Source of the DNA: Squalus acanthias | Lineage: Eukaryota | DNA length: 64,000 nucleotides | Assembly: GCA_030390025.1 (NCBI GenBank) | Contig: CM059432.1 | Location: forward strand, 88,600,001 to 88,664,000 | Direction: 5' to 3' | Shown here: positions 63,159-64,000 of the stretch, in pieces | Layout: every line of letters starts with the position of its first letter | Numbering within the stretch: position 1 is the stretch's first letter | Made by a program: the position numbers and the translations under genes | Notes under the pieces: generated by a model | Told to the model about the DNA's origin: nothing | Databases searched by the model: none | The model's input: only the letters and a program-made list of their open reading frames with translations

Positions 63159-64000
63159 CAGGGGATTCACTTGCTCGCAGATTGCCTCAAAGCCAGCAAT
63201 GCTGAAAATGAGCATCTGCCCAATGATGCAACCTCCCCTTTAAGAGCTGGAAGGAACCAATGTGAAGAATCATTGCTGAATGCATTGCACCTGAAATTCA
63301 TTAGCGTTCTGCTGGTAGCACCCCTGTAGTGCCCCACTGAGGTCATTAGCGCTTGATTTAGCGCCCCACTTCCTTCCTGGGGCGCTAACACCCAATTTAG
63401 TAGAAGTTCAGAATCCTTAGCGCCTGGCACTAAATTTTCAAAATTTCAAGAGTTAGCGCCTCAAATGGGGCGATACCCAATTTCGCCCCCAAGATGTTTA
63501 GACTGCTTACCTGAGAGAATATCTAAGGTAGACCCAAAACTCTTAACAGTGACATTCTCAACACAAAATTAGCAAAGGCTCTACTCCTTCCCTAAACCAA
63601 AAATGTTTGCCAACCGCTGGAAATGGCGCTCCTTAACGGCTCAAAAGCTGTGCAGAAGCAAAATGTGCTGCATTAGTAATGTGTAACACCACCTATTGCA
63701 GGTAAATACACAACCAAAGCTGAACTGTGTTGCACCTTATATTTAGCATTCTTGTCATGCAAAAGATCATGTTGTACAGATGCCAAACATTCGGCATAAA
63801 TCAGTGCCTAGAAAGCTCTTTACTGCTGAATAAACAGAAACTTCATATGCATTGCAAGAGATAATTGACTTAAAATGAAGTCAACAGTAATTTAATTTGA
63901 TGTACCTGTATGCAAACATATGCTTTGCCAAAATTGATATGCTAAAGTAATTTGATCCATGTTGCTGGGTCGTCTTGGTTACGTCAAATTATCCCCGCAT

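Larger units (their letters stand above)
59362..63490. mobile_element. PIF/Harbinger DNA transposon copy 3 (GCGCC-rich family), full two-gene structure, disabled
   Basis: TIRs GGGCTAGAAATTGGG / CCCAATTTCGCCCCC with AAG on both flanks. Confidence 0.9.

Noticed and set aside
63505..63600. Minus-strand exon candidate with consensus donor CAG|gtaagc
   Set aside because: All three frames from the nearest good acceptor contain stops, so it could only be non-coding.

Overview
Vertebrate genomic DNA, most likely from a cartilaginous fish. This is inferred from an HE1/V-SINE-like element, a Deu-type SINE and CR1 3' tails of the (TTCTATGA)n/(TTCTATGT)n type. Both flanks (about 1-13.4 kb and 36.5-63.5 kb) are nested transposon graveyards. 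They hold three full-outline but disabled PIF/Harbinger DNA transposons, each with a DDE transposase and a convergently oriented 3-exon Myb/SANT-coiled-coil gene. They also hold two older Harbinger remnants, about 8 Harbinger-type MITEs with terminal inverted repeats (TIRs) and 3-bp target-site duplications (TSDs), several CR1 LINEs (one nearly full-length with a zinc-finger/esterase ORF1), a second CR1/L2-group LINE family, L2 tails and SINEs. The middle (about 13.4-36.5 kb) is AT-rich and repeat-poor, with blocks that look like conserved non-coding elements, a 27-bp minisatellite, one nested MITE cluster and a few candidate small minus-strand exons of an unidentified host transcript. I can support no intact protein-coding gene, structural RNA gene or CRISPR array. 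Most ORFs in the track are transposon fragments or repeat artefacts. I did not find a clearly new biological system. The most interesting signals are a family-specific TIR/subterminal-motif/Myb code among the Harbingers, two template-switch scars in LINEs, and the candidate spliced host gene.
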